A stretch of DNA of 64,000 bases from Bugula neritina (lineage: Eukaryota > Animalia > Bryozoa). The notes under the pieces are model-generated. The model was given only the letters and a program-made list of their open reading frames with translations, was not told the DNA's origin and did not search any database. The stretch is from positions 35,240,080 through 35,304,079 of the forward strand of contig OZ037765.1 in NCBI GenBank assembly GCA_964035545.1, given 5' to 3'. Both the position numbers and the translations under genes were made by a program. Positions 1 through 11,049 of the stretch are shown piece by piece (the first letter of the stretch is position 1; every line of letters begins with the position of its first letter).

Positions 1-208
1 ATTGGGCTTTTACCAATAGATTTAAAACCTACATTTTCTCAGCAAAAATTCTAAGAAATATTTTCTAACTGTTTGATCATTCTGCCATCTAATTTTTCTG
101 TGAAGTATTTGCATATAACTTTTAACCAGCTATATAAGGCTATAGGATGTGTGAGGCTTGAAATACCAACACGTGAAAATTTATAAATAGAGTTCAGGTT
201 CTGTATAC

Positions 209-768
209 GAGATACTGTTAGAACATGTTACATATTCTATATACTAGATACTGTTAGAGTATGTTACATATTATATATACTAGATACTGTTAGATTATGT
301 TACATATTCTATATACTATATACTGTTAGATTATGTTACATATTCTATATACTAGATACTGTTAGAACACGTTACATATTATATATACTAGATACTGTTA
401 GAGTATGTTACATATTATATATACTAGATACTGTTAGAGTATGTTACATATTCTATATACTAGATACTGTTAGAGTATGTTACATATTCTATATACTAGA
501 TACTGTTAGAGTATGTTACATATTCTATATACTAGATACTGTTAGATTATGTTACATATTCTATATACTATATACTGTTAGAGTATGTTACATATTATAT
601 ATACTAGATACTGTTAGAGTATGTTACATATTATATATACTAGATACTGTTAGAGTATGTTACATATTCTATATACTATATACTGTTAGATTATGTTACA
701 TATTCTATATACTAGATACTGTTAGAGTATGTTACATATTATATATACTAGATACTGTTAGAACATAT
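209..768. repeat. 36-bp intronic minisatellite (~15.5 copies) immediately upstream of the caspase A last exon
   Basis: Unit tagatactgttagagtatgttacatattctatatac recurs with 36-bp period (gatactgtta at 211, 247, 283...). Confidence 0.95.
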
Positions 769-773
769 TTCAG

Positions 774-1010
774 GTTCAACACAGAATCAGTGAGTACTGT
801 AAGAGAAAGAAGGACATTCTAACTGGACAGCTGGTAGTTGCTAGTGACACTCTCTCTCATGGAAGGAAACTCTACCTGTTTCCTGGATACAACGGAGTTT
901 CTGGTACAGATATCCATCAGGGAGCTACTCAGATAGAAGGAGAGAATAAACCAGAGTCAGTTGGCTCTACCATGTTATATAGAAAACGGAATTCATGTTC
1001 TATAATATAA
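774..1010 (+). CDS. Terminal coding exon of caspase gene A (end of p10 subunit plus short tail with polybasic/CaaX end); upstream exons lie outside the window
   Basis: tttcag acceptor at 768-773, then phase-0 frame VQHRISEYCKRKKDILTGQLVVASDTLSHGRKLYLFPGYNG...MLYRKRNSCSII*. The caspase C-terminal signature (S/D)TLxxKLYLFPG is present and the exon is homologous to 9100-9215. Confidence 0.85.
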   Translation, partial: VQHRISEYCKRKKDILTGQLVVASDTLSHGRKLYLFPGYNGVSGTDIHQGATQIEGENKPESVGSTMLYRKRNSCSII

Positions 1011-2294
1011 CAGTCTGTCTGATTTTCAGCTTTATTACCAACATTTAATCTACCACAAACAAGAAGATACATTCATGACATCATTTCCCTTTAGCTTTAG
1101 CAGCAAATGTATAGACAAAGAATTATATTCTATGCAAGTTTTTTTACATTGAATAACATCTTAATTATTATGTAATCATGTTGCTACTTTATCTATTTCA
1201 TTATTTTATATAGCCTCAACAACTACTCATAATACTTTGTATTTTGCATCTTAGAAGTTAATTAATGCATAATTGAGTTTTCCAGTTGTCTATTTGAACC
1301 TTTGATTTTGGTAAAAATGATACATTTTTCAACCGGAATTTCTAAATAAGTTAAACTTTGATCGTCTTCATGTAAAATAATGCTAATTAATTAAAGTTGA
1401 GGTTCTTTCATGAACACAACTTCTTTTGTTATAATTTTAATCTGGAACACAGGCTTTTCTCAGTTTATACTGCATCTACTTTTCTCTCTATAGCAGTAGA
1501 AGGTTGACTGTAGTATAGCGCTGCCTTTTCCCATTACAAAAGATAGTAAATTATTACCTAAACATTTTCAACTATACCATATAACATAACATAATATAAT
1601 AACAATCTGGGATTTTTATATACTCCAAGTTTTACTCTAGTTTAAAAATAAAGTACTAAGCTTATTCTAAAAGTGACAAAAATCTCTTATAATGTATTAA
1701 CCATGACTACTGTCTCAGCTAGAAACTGTAGCTTAATTCAAGCAAACATACTTCAAGTCTTGACTCAGAGAGCTAACACAGCTTTAAGGAAGCTGAATTA
1801 TGTGATATGCAACTCAAAGTGAAATAACTTCATGTGAATAGCTCAGCTACAGAGAGAGACATGGAAGCACAACTCTACCATGTGTACATTAGCAAACAAT
1901 AGGCCCTTTGCTAAGGGTTGGGCACAGATTTCTTAAAAATCTTGTACATATCAAAGGTTCTACTAAAACTAGTAAAGTCATGCAGCTAAAAGTCGTACGA
2001 ATTCAGAAGTATCAGAATATCAGAATTTTGCCAGTATATGTTTCCAGAGCTATTTCTGAGATAAAGAGAGTAGGTTTGAGGTCCCTGACGCCATTTTTTA
2101 TTTATCAGAAATGAACAATTCTTTGAGCATAACAAATACAGAAATGAGGTAAAAGTAAAAGATGAAAAATTTCACAGACAGCCTAGAAAGATAGACAATT
2201 TGATATTTATTCTTCTTATTCTCCATCCCATTTCATTTCAGATATTATAACAATAGAGGGCTTGAAACTGTGAAGAATTTGAAGGTTGACCTTA

Positions 2295-2517
2295 GTAATG
2301 CTGTGTAATGCTGTGTAATGCTGTGTAATGCTGTGTAATGCTGTGTAATGCTGTGTAATGCTGTGTAATGCTGTGTAATGCTGTGTAATGCTGTGTAATG
2401 CTGTGTAATGCTGTGTAATGCTGTGTAATGCTGTGTAATGCTGTGTAATGCTGTGTAATGCTGTGTAATGCTGTGTAATGCTGTGTAATGCTGTGTAATG
2501 CTGTGTAATGCTGTGTA
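2295..2517. repeat. (GTAATGCTGT)n 10-bp tandem repeat, ~22 perfect copies
   Basis: Direct reading. Confidence 0.97.
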
Positions 2518-2666
2518 AAATGTTGGAGTCCTGGCAGTGTCAGCTGTTTATTACTCACTTGAATGTATTATTGGAAATGTGAACCAATTCCTAAACAACA
2601 ACTACAAAGTTCTCTTTCTACCAGTTTATTATGAGATACATCTATCATGCATAATATTAATCATAT

Positions 2667-3214
2667 TGTAGTGAATTTTAGTAGTACAATTAGTTAGTAT
2701 ATTATATCGAAAGGGTTGACTCTATGCCGGACTGACACGCGAGGCCGGCAGCATCTTGTCGTCAGGATGGCACCACCAGTGACAGCCAATCAAGTGTGAC
2801 TGATAATTAACAATAGGCGGAGCTGTCAACGTGTTGCGAAAGCATGCTAGGCAGCTTGAGCCGCAGAGCAGATTGGGACTTGATCATGAACAGTTGTGTA
2901 TAAATTGCTCTATATTATGTAATCGTGTGCATTAGTGTTAGTAACTTTTATTGCTGTATAATTCGTAAAAAACAAACTCTATTCAATTGTGAGAAACCTG
3001 GTGAAGTGGCTTTGCATAAGTAGACCCTCTAATTATAGTGAATCGTAAATTCACTACAGTGGTGGCAGCAGTGGAATCTCGCTTATTGCAAATGCTCCTA
3101 GCCAGGGAGTAAAAAATGGCCAACGATGAGGACATACCCGTCAGGAACCGGTAGTGATGGAGGAGGATAACATAGGCGACCCAGCGCTGCCTATGGACAG
3201 GTACCATTTGCGGG
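2667..3214 (+). mobile_element. Gypsy LTR retrotransposon 5' fragment: LTR (2667-3058), tRNA-Leu-type PBS and start of gag
   Basis: TGTAG...CTACA termini, PBS tggtggcagcagtggaat at ~3060-3077, preceded by ATAT. Homologous to the reverse complement of 23420-23972. Confidence 0.8.
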
Positions 3215-4980
3215 CAAACATCAATAATATCATCATCCTAAAACTTAATGCTATTACATACAGTGATTAAAACTTTATTTTAAACTCATACTTCTAAAGT
3301 ACTTTGACGTTTACTACTTATGAATGTTTAGTACAGTATTTACTTGCTATAGTTGTATTCTTCCTAACAATAAAATACATGATGCACAAATGACTATAGC
3401 AATATTTCCTATCCAAGGCTGCATGCAGCAAAGAAGCAAGAATTTCTAGCTCACCTTAGTATCTATGCAATATTTGAGTTTGGATTACCATGCACTTCCA
3501 GCTCTAACATCTAGGTTGTTTCATTGTAATTTAAGCACTGTTTAAACTTTTCAAGAAAATGAGTTTTACCAACATTATAGGTGTTAGTATTCAGTAGTGT
3601 GGTTACTGTAGGGACAGCACTTAATGATCTGTATATTGCAACATAGCGTGTCATATTCATATCATCATCACATATCTGAGAAGTGTTTTTACTACAAAAT
3701 TTTTAACACACCCACATTTCTTTAGTAAATAATGTTTATTATATAGGTAAGCTTTAAATTATCATGTTCAGTTCCTCATAATATTTTACAACATTGAAAA
3801 TCTTTAACACTACAGTAGTTAGTGAATTGGGTTCTTCTCATACCATTGTTGCTTCAAAAATATCAAGGACTCGTATACCAAATAAATATGCAATGTTTTC
3901 TAATCTTTTCTATATTTTCCACAGTTTACTTATACTTAGCTAAAAAGATACACAATGTCTAAATAGTTGTAAAAAAATAAAAAGTTTGCCTTTTATTTGG
4001 CTCAACCAGGTCATAAATTTTGCAGTTAGATAATTTATCACAGCAATTATAAGGAGCCAATCAATTTTCTACTTTTCACCAACCGAAACAAAACTTCTGT
4101 CTAAGGCTTTTTAATCAAGAGGCTACCAAATACACTTATTAAAAATTTTATGTTTATCTTAATCCTTCAAAAGGATAGTCATAATCAAATTGAAAATCAG
4201 TCAACAAAAACCTAATGTAGGCACTGATGGGTCAATAATTTTCTATACCAGTTTCAAATTTGTTAGCTTAATTCTCAAGCAAAACAGTGTAGCACAATGC
4301 TTTTAAATTGTAATAGATCTCAGGCATGCACCTTTTAGTGGATGATTTCAAATTATCTGCTAAGCAAAGAAAATTGAACGAAAACCAGCAGAGCCAATTC
4401 ACAAACCAGTAACTAAATATGATCTAAAGGAATAAAAGTATATTTACCAAGGATGAAATATTAAATAATACAAAGTTGCAGAAAATCTATTATAAAAGAA
4501 TGAATTGACTAAGCTTCAACTTCATCCAGGTCATCGGCCTGTGAAGTCAAAACTTTGTATGCAGTAGCTTCTGGGTAACTTGAAGTCAATGTGTTTTTGT
4601 ATGACACCTTTTCTATTTCCTTGCAGTAATGAGATATAAACTATAATAACGTAACAACACTTACACTTTTTGCTGCAGGCTTTGTTTACTATGTAATATG
4701 ACAATACGCCTATCTTGCACAGTAATAACATAAATTACAAACCTTTATGCTATGTGCTGCTTTGCAGAGTAGCACAAGTTTTTAATACACCAGTAATATA
4801 TGGTTAAACATTTTAGTAAATAGGTGGTTTGACAAAACTATTAGCATAGTAATGCACATTCGAACAATTTATCTTGTATGTTTAGGGTGCAGAAGTTATC
4901 AAAGACCAGTGGGTCAAATTTTGCTCATTGGACATAATGTACCTTTTTATATACATTGCTTGAAATATAGTTTCTCATAG

Positions 4981-5640
4981 CTCGGAAAAGAACGGATTGA
5001 AATCTTTCTCTCAGAATTAACATTAGTAGCTCTAAAAAGTAGCTCAGACCTCATTTATTTCAACTGTAAGCAAGTGTACATATTAAATAACTTATAGCCC
5101 ATCAGTTTGTGTACCAAGTTTATGAATGTTATGTCCTTTTCCAAATAAAAAACTTCTTTATACTATAATAACAAAATAGAATGGATTGTGTGTTTTTCCA
5201 GCAGTTGCTTCATTAGTGGTACAATTACTTGTCCATGGTCTATTTTTAAACAAGCAATTTTTTAATTTTGCAACTATAAAACAATAAAGTTTGGAAATAT
5301 ATTAAAAAGATCAACTCAATGCTCTAAACTTATAATATGAAATTAAAAATGTACATGTTTTTTACAAATAACTTTTGGAAGCATGCATTTTGCACGTACA
5401 AATGTGCAGAATCTTATATAAGTTGAAAGGGCAAGATATTCCAGTGGGACAATCTTCTGATTGATTGAGTTTTACCTGGTCTATTGCAAGTATTATTGTA
5501 CTAGTTGTCTGTTTTCAACACAGAGTACATGACTGATGTTGTTATTTCAGGCACTCCTTTGACAAGCCCAGATGTTCAAAAACTTAAAACTGCCATTGCA
5601 GATCTAAAACAGAAGAAACAAAAGGAAAGCTCCAAAAATG
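4981..5640 (+). pseudogene. Putative upstream exons of caspase gene B (4981-5065; 5524 or 5551-5640) encoding a SAM-like helical segment
   Basis: AG/GT-bounded segments translate to LGKERIEIFLSELTLVALKSSSDLIYFN and (YMTDVVIS)GTPLTSPDVQKLKTAIADLKQKK. The SAM resemblance was judged by eye; use of the 5524 acceptor would create a TAG at the junction. Confidence 0.4.
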
Positions 5641-5898
5641 GTAGACTTCAGGCTTTTTAGAATAGCTAGTATATATCTCTCCTTTAGCATTTTGATGTAT
5701 AAGAAAATGAACATAATATGTCAAGTTTATTGCTCCGCCATAATAATTTTTTTTATGCAACAGTCAAAACTCGTACAAGATTGTCAATGCAAGAAATGTG
5801 ATAATGAGAATTACAGAAAGTACAAAATTCTGCATTTATATACCTACGCTATCAATATATTACATTACTGACAGAGTATGTTAATATTCACAATACAG

Positions 5899-6091
5899 AG
5901 ACTGTCAAATAACATCAGCAAACTGCCACCACCTCTTCTGTGGAAGATGAGTCGAGTGATCTCTCTGATGATGATGAATATATGGTACCTTCACCATCTG
6001 CTGTTGGCAGATTGAAACATCTCAAACAAGTTCCTGTTCCTACAACTAGACAAGATATAATAGACCTCTTTCCAAACACTAACAAGATGAT
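5899..6091 (+). pseudogene. Caspase gene B acidic linker exon (disabled)
   Basis: ETVK*HQQTATTSSVEDESSDLSDDDEYMVPSP...IIDLFPNT. In-frame TAA at 5910-5912, and the donor phase does not match the next exon (apparent frameshift). Confidence 0.55.
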
Positions 6092-6301
6092 GTAACAGTA
6101 TCTTATTATAGCAATTAATGATGTTTCTTACCAAGCTGACCTTTTAAAAGTATTTGGTGTAGACAGATTTTTCATTGCCTTGTGTTTTGACTTTTATATT
6201 AAATTTTGAGGCTTTTTCGTCTATGTTACTGTTCCTAAAAATTATGTCATGAGATTTATACAGTTAGAGGAATAATACTCTCAATAATTTGTTTCTACCA
6301 G

Positions 6302-6466
6302 GTGTTTCGTGTGACAAAGCCGAGGGGAACTGCTTTGATAATCAATAACAAGAAAATAAACAATCAAAAGGAAAGATTGGGTTCTGAAATAGATGTTGAA
6401 AATCTCACAGATATGCTCTAATTATTTCAGTTCAATGTCAAGTCAGAAAAAGATCTTACCGCTAAG
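6302..6466 (+). pseudogene. Caspase gene B exon: start of p20 subunit, with in-frame stop
   Basis: VFRVTKPRGTALIINNKKINNQKERLGSEIDVENLTDML*LFQFNVKSEKDLTAK. PRGxALIINN and RxGSxxD caspase motifs; TAA at 6419-6421; cag/gtaa boundaries, 165 bp, phase 0-0. Confidence 0.88.
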
Positions 6467-8039
6467 GTAACAGTACAATATATCTATTTCTTATATCTAA
6501 ACTTGTCTCACTGACAAACTTTTTACACAGCTGCAGCCTAGACTACATGCAAAACAGCTACTTGAAGACACATAGTTGCATTTGGTGCAGCCTGCAACCT
6601 GCACTGTGCACTGACTTGTCAAAACGCCTAGCTTGTGCAGTGAGTGACTTAAAACCAGGTTGGAACAGTTGCACAGCGACTGTTGAGTTTGGCAATACCA
6701 GCCATTGCACCAGCTCTGCAGCTAGTAGTTGAAGTGACTGTGCAGAGTAAAAAAATAAAAGAAGCAGGAAGGCAGCAATAGGATAACGTGGCACAAGGGC
6801 ACCAGATGTTTAGAACCAGTGGGCCATGTAATATTTGTTGTAAGCTAGCATCGCTGAGATAGAAACTGGGTGGCGTCACTGCGATATGTGCACACACCAG
6901 TGGTAGTACCTTATGGTATATGAAAAATTGTTGTTGATCATACGGCCTTAGTACTGGTGACGCTTTCACTGAGTTTCTGATTTATCATGCTGCCGTCAAC
7001 TGTTGTTATGATCATTATGGTGTTGACCAATAGCTGAAAATTCGGATCAAGTTCTATAGATGTGGCATGAAAAACAGCAACCACTATCAAAAAAGGCAGC
7101 AGGCGTGCAAAATAATTACTGCAGACAATGAGAGGTATAGTGACAAGCAGTATCAATGGAGCGCATTTTTTGTTGCTGCATTTAGAATAAGCACATTTCA
7201 ATACCTTTGATGACTGTCCACTTGAGGGTAAACCTGGTGCCAGCAATATATATCTACATACTTCCATTAAACATCAGAAGGAGAGAGTAGATGGCTCTAC
7301 TGATCGTACTTTCCCAACCGAGCCAGGAGCAGAAGGCATACCTAATTTGTATTTTTCCAAGTGAACGTCTCATCTCTGTGTGTTCACTTTTAAGGAAATT
7401 GTAACTGCTTAGAGAAAAAATAAGATTAGCTAGATATGATGAAACATGGGCTCTTGATGTTCAGAGAGCTAGGTAGATAATGATCAACAGGTACGGCCGT
7501 GGGTATTAGCACTCAGATAAGCAAGGCAGTCCACTGAACTTCAAACATGATAGGGATTGGAGATTGCATTTTTTATGTGCTTGAAGAATTTCTTGCATTA
7601 ACGAGTCATCAGTCTGCAAAAAATCCTTCTCTTTCAGTAGAGTGGTTTAAAAAGTTTAAAAAATGGCCATTACAGTGCGGCAACTGGAAAATGAACTTAA
7701 TTGCTTTTATGTTCAATTGCCATAATTATTGCTCGCATACAATTTTCATTAAAGCACAAAAGTATTTTTTATCAAATTTTGTTGGCTTGGAAAATTCAAT
7801 ATCTCCCAAACCTTTTTATTGTGGCTTCAGCAGATACATTCCATGTTTATAATATTCTGTATTGCGTTCTCCTAACTTGTTAACCGGTTTAGTCAAAAAT
7901 AAAAAGCATAAAACTGAACATTGCATTTATTATAGTGATAAACTTTAGTTAATATTTCTACGTGAAAGTCAGCATTCCTATAAGATCATCATTTTGCATT
8001 TACCTGTCAGAATGCTGTTTTTTCTTTTAAAACCAACAG

Positions 8040-8256
8040 GAAATATATGAAACAATTGAGAGAGAAGTAAATGATATTAGAAATGATCATGGAATGTTCT
8101 TCCTGTTTATTGGTTCCCATGGAGCTGAAGAATATGTCTGTGGATCAGATGGAGAGTTGGTAGAACTGGCAGGCGTCTATAACTTGCTGTCTGTTCCTCG
8201 AAAGAAAGAGATTCAGGATAAGCCTAAATTGGTCCTTATACAAGCGTGTAGCAATA
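8040..8256 (+). CDS. Caspase gene B catalytic exon (His-Cys dyad)
   Basis: EIYETIERE...MFFLFIGSHGAEEYVCGSDG...KPKLVLIQACSN. SHG and KPKxxxIQAC motifs; aacag acceptor and gtgagt donor. Confidence 0.92.
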
Positions 8257-8360
8257 GTGAGTGGCAACCTTAATATTTCTTTTATATTAACAAATGAAAA
8301 TAGAAATCATTTGATCTGAGCATTACAAGATAATAATAAAAATGCTATCTATTGATTTAG

Positions 8361-8480
8361 GGATACTTAAAGACAAAAAATATGCTGCACATAGAGTTTT
8401 ACGTGCTGATGTTGGTAACGGAGCTGAATTAGAGAAAAATCATGGTGAAAATTTGTATATTTTAAAAGCCAGCTTCCCGT
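8361..8480 (+). CDS. Caspase gene B exon: intersubunit linker and start of p10
   Basis: RILKDKKYAAHRVLRADVGNGAELEKNHGENLYILKASFP. Phase 1-1; tttag acceptor and gtaagg donor. Confidence 0.85.
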
Positions 8481-8646
8481 GTAAGGATACACCTAATTTT
8501 TTGAATTACAATGAAAATGTTCTGTGTGCATGGATATGTTTTTATGAAATATAAAAATAATGTTTCAGTGTATATATGTGATTATTAGCTTATATCTTTT
8601 AACATTAGCTTCCGGTCATAAGAGTTCAGCATTGTATGTTATCTAG

Positions 8647-8756
8647 CATATCCTTCTTTCAGATATCTTGGCCGTGGTTCTCTACTAGTCAGATGTTTTG
8701 TCAGAACCATGTACCGACATGCCTGTCACAGAGATATGCATGAGATCTACAAAGCT
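8647..8756 (+). CDS. Caspase gene B exon: p10 core
   Basis: SYPSFRYLGRGSLLVRCFVRTMYRHACHRDMHEIYKA, matching caspase G-Y-x-S-W-R-x4-GS. Phase 1-0; gtgagt donor. Confidence 0.88.
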
Positions 8757-9099
8757 GTGAGTTTGTTGAATTAATTATTAGGTCAACCCATTTAATGAAT
8801 ATACACTGTATAGTGTCTTTCAACAGTGATAATAATTTGTACCTCTCATGCACCTCCTTCGTTATAATAATCTGGGTGGCTGGTGATAAAATGAGTAGCA
8901 ATGACAACAAATTATAACCAGTTACAGCAAAAACTTGTACAGCTAGCAAACTTGTGTATTGGCTTGAGGCAAAACGTTAGTTTTTGCAAACTCAAAACTA
9001 CATTTGAATGCCAGATGAATAACCATGTTAACACGTTCATTTAAACATTTGGTAAAATTCACATTTCTTTGAAATCACATATGCATTATACTAATGTAG

Positions 9100-11049
9100 G
9101 TACAAGGCCGGATTAAAAAGTTCTGTGCAAAAACTAATCGCGATGTTGGGCAACTAGTACATGCTACAGACACCCTGACACACCATAGAAAGCTTTACCT
9201 GTTTCCAGGATATGATGGGGGTTCTGATAGAGAGGAGCTGAGTTTACTTCAACTCAGCAAGAGATTTCAATATCCTCCATCCAAACAACTTCTGTCAAGT
9301 TCAGCTGCACAGTCCACACTGTCAGAGACAGCCAGCACCTCACAGCAAGCAGAGACAGCCAGCACCTCACAGCAAGCAAAGACAGCCAGTACCTCACAGC
9401 AAGCAGAGACAGCCAGCACCTTACAGCAAGCAGAGACATCCAGTACCTCACAGCAAGCAGAGACAGCCAGAACCTTACAGCAAGCAGAGACAGCCAGCAC
9501 CTCACAGCAAGCAGAGACAGCCAGCACCTTACAGCAAGCAGAGACAGCCAGCACCTTACAGCAAGCAGAGAGAGCCAGTACCTCACAGCAAGCAGAGACA
9601 GCCAGCACCTCACAGCAAGCAGAGACAGCCAGCACCTTACAGCAAGCAGAGACAGCCAGCACCTCACAGCAAGCAGAGACAGCCAGCACCTCACAGCAAG
9701 TAGAGACAGCCAGTACCTCACAGCAAGCAGAGACAGCCAGAACCTTACAGCAAGCAGTGACAGCCATCACCTCACAGCAAGCAGAGACAGCCAGTACCTC
9801 ACAGCAAGCAGAGACATCCAGTACCTCACAGCAAGCAGAGACAGCCAGAACCTTACAGCAAGCAGAGACAGCCAGCACCTCACAGCAAGCAGAGACAGCC
9901 AGTACCTCACAGCAAGCAGAGACAGCCAGAACCTTACAGCAAGCAGAGACAGCCATCACCTCACAGCAAGCAGAGACAGCCAGTACCTCACAGCAAGTAG
10001 AGACAGCCAGAACCTTACAGCAAGCAGAGAGAGCCAGTACCTCACAGCAAGCAGAGACAGCCAGCACCTCACAGCAAGCAGAGACAGCCAGCACCTTACA
10101 GCAAGCAGAGACAGCCAGCACCTCACAGCAAGCAGAGACAGCCAGCACCTCACAGCAAGTAGAGACAGCCAGTACCTCACAGCAAGCAGAGACAGCCAGA
10201 ACCTTACAGCAAGCAGTGACAGCCATCACCTCACAGCAAGCAGAGACAGCCAGCACCTCACAGCAAGCAGAGACAGCCAGCACCTCACAGCAAGTAGAGA
10301 CAGCCAGTACCTCACAGCAAGCAGAGACAGCCAGAACCTTACAGCAAGCAGTGACAGCCATCACCTCACAGCAAGCAGAAACAGCCAGCACCTCACAGCA
10401 AGCAGAGACAGCCAGTACCTCACAGCAAGTAGAGACAGCCAGTACCTCACAGCAAGTAGAGACAGCCAGCACCTCACAGCAAGCAGAGACAGCCAGCACC
10501 TCACAGCAAGTAGAGACAGCCAGCACCTCACAGCAAGTAGAGACAGCCAGCACCTCACAGCAAGTAGAGACAGCCAGCACCTCACAGCAAGCAGAGACAG
10601 CCAGCACCTCACAGCAAGTAGAGACAGCCAGCACCTCACAGCAAGTAGAGACAGCCAGCACCTCACAGCAAGCAGAGACAGCCAGTACCTCACAGCAAGC
10701 AGAGACAGCCAGCACCTCACAGCAAGCAGAGACAGCCAGCACCTCACAGCAAGTAGAGACAGTCAGCACCTCACAGCAAGCAGAGACAGCCAGTACCTCA
10801 CAGCAAGTAGAGACAGCCAGCACCTCACAGCAAGCAGAGACAGTCAGCACCTCACAGCAAGCAGAGACAGCCAGCACCTCACAGCAAGTAGAGACAGCCA
10901 GCACCTCACAGCAAGCAGAGTCAGCCAGCACCTCACAGCAAGTAGAGACAGCCAGCACCTCACAGCAAGCAGAGACATCCATCACTTTCCAGCAAATAAA
11001 GATAAAACGCAAGCGCAAATCAAAAAGGAAGTTTTGTAAACAACAGTGA
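9100..11049 (+). CDS. Caspase gene B terminal exon (650 codons): end of p10, ~61x ETASTSQQA repeat, polybasic stretch and CKQQ*
   Basis: tgtag acceptor; VQGRIKKFCAKTNRDVGQLVHATDTLTHHRKLYLFPGYDGG reads without stop into the repeat and is in frame with ORF 9757-11049 (offset 657 bp). Confidence 0.85.
   Translation, partial: VQGRIKKFCAKTNRDVGQLVHATDTLTHHRKLYLFPGYDGGSDREELSLLQLSKRFQYPPSKQLLSSSAAQSTLSETASTSQQAETASTSQQAKTASTSQQAETASTLQQAETSSTSQQAETARTLQQAETASTSQQAETASTLQQAETASTLQQAERASTSQQAETASTSQQAETASTLQQAETASTSQQAETASTSQQVETASTSQQAETARTLQQAVTAITSQQAETASTSQQAETSSTSQQAETARTLQQAETASTSQQAETASTSQQAETARTLQQAETAITSQQAETASTSQQVETARTLQQAERASTSQQAETASTSQQAETASTLQQAETASTSQQAETASTSQQVETASTSQQAETARTLQQAVTAITSQQAETASTSQQAETASTSQQVETASTSQQAETARTLQQAVTAITSQQAETASTSQQAETASTSQQVETASTSQQVETASTSQQAETASTSQQVETASTSQQVETASTSQQVETASTSQQAETASTSQQVETASTSQQVETASTSQQAETASTSQQAETASTSQQAETASTSQQVETVSTSQQAETASTSQQVETASTSQQAETVSTSQQAETASTSQQVETASTSQQAESASTSQQVETASTSQQAETSITFQQIKIKRKRKSKRKFCKQQ
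9325..10985 (+). repeat. 27-bp coding minisatellite, ~61 copies
   Basis: Unit gagacagccagcacctcacagcaagca; variants differ by substitutions only, and the frame is preserved throughout. Confidence 0.97.

Noticed and set aside
2292-2558. ORFs in microsatellites and minisatellites (also 11954, 12274-13306, 39507)
   Set aside because: Repeat-derived open frames without coding features
6547-7883. Short ORFs in the caspase B intron
   Set aside because: No recognisable motifs or splice support; probably degraded repeat DNA
9267-11018. 583-aa Cys-rich ORF (CCEVLAVSA)n on the minus strand and related WLSLLAVRC ORFs
   Set aside because: Antisense shadows of the 27-bp repeat; the + frame is continuous with a spliced caspase exon and ends in a meaningful motif
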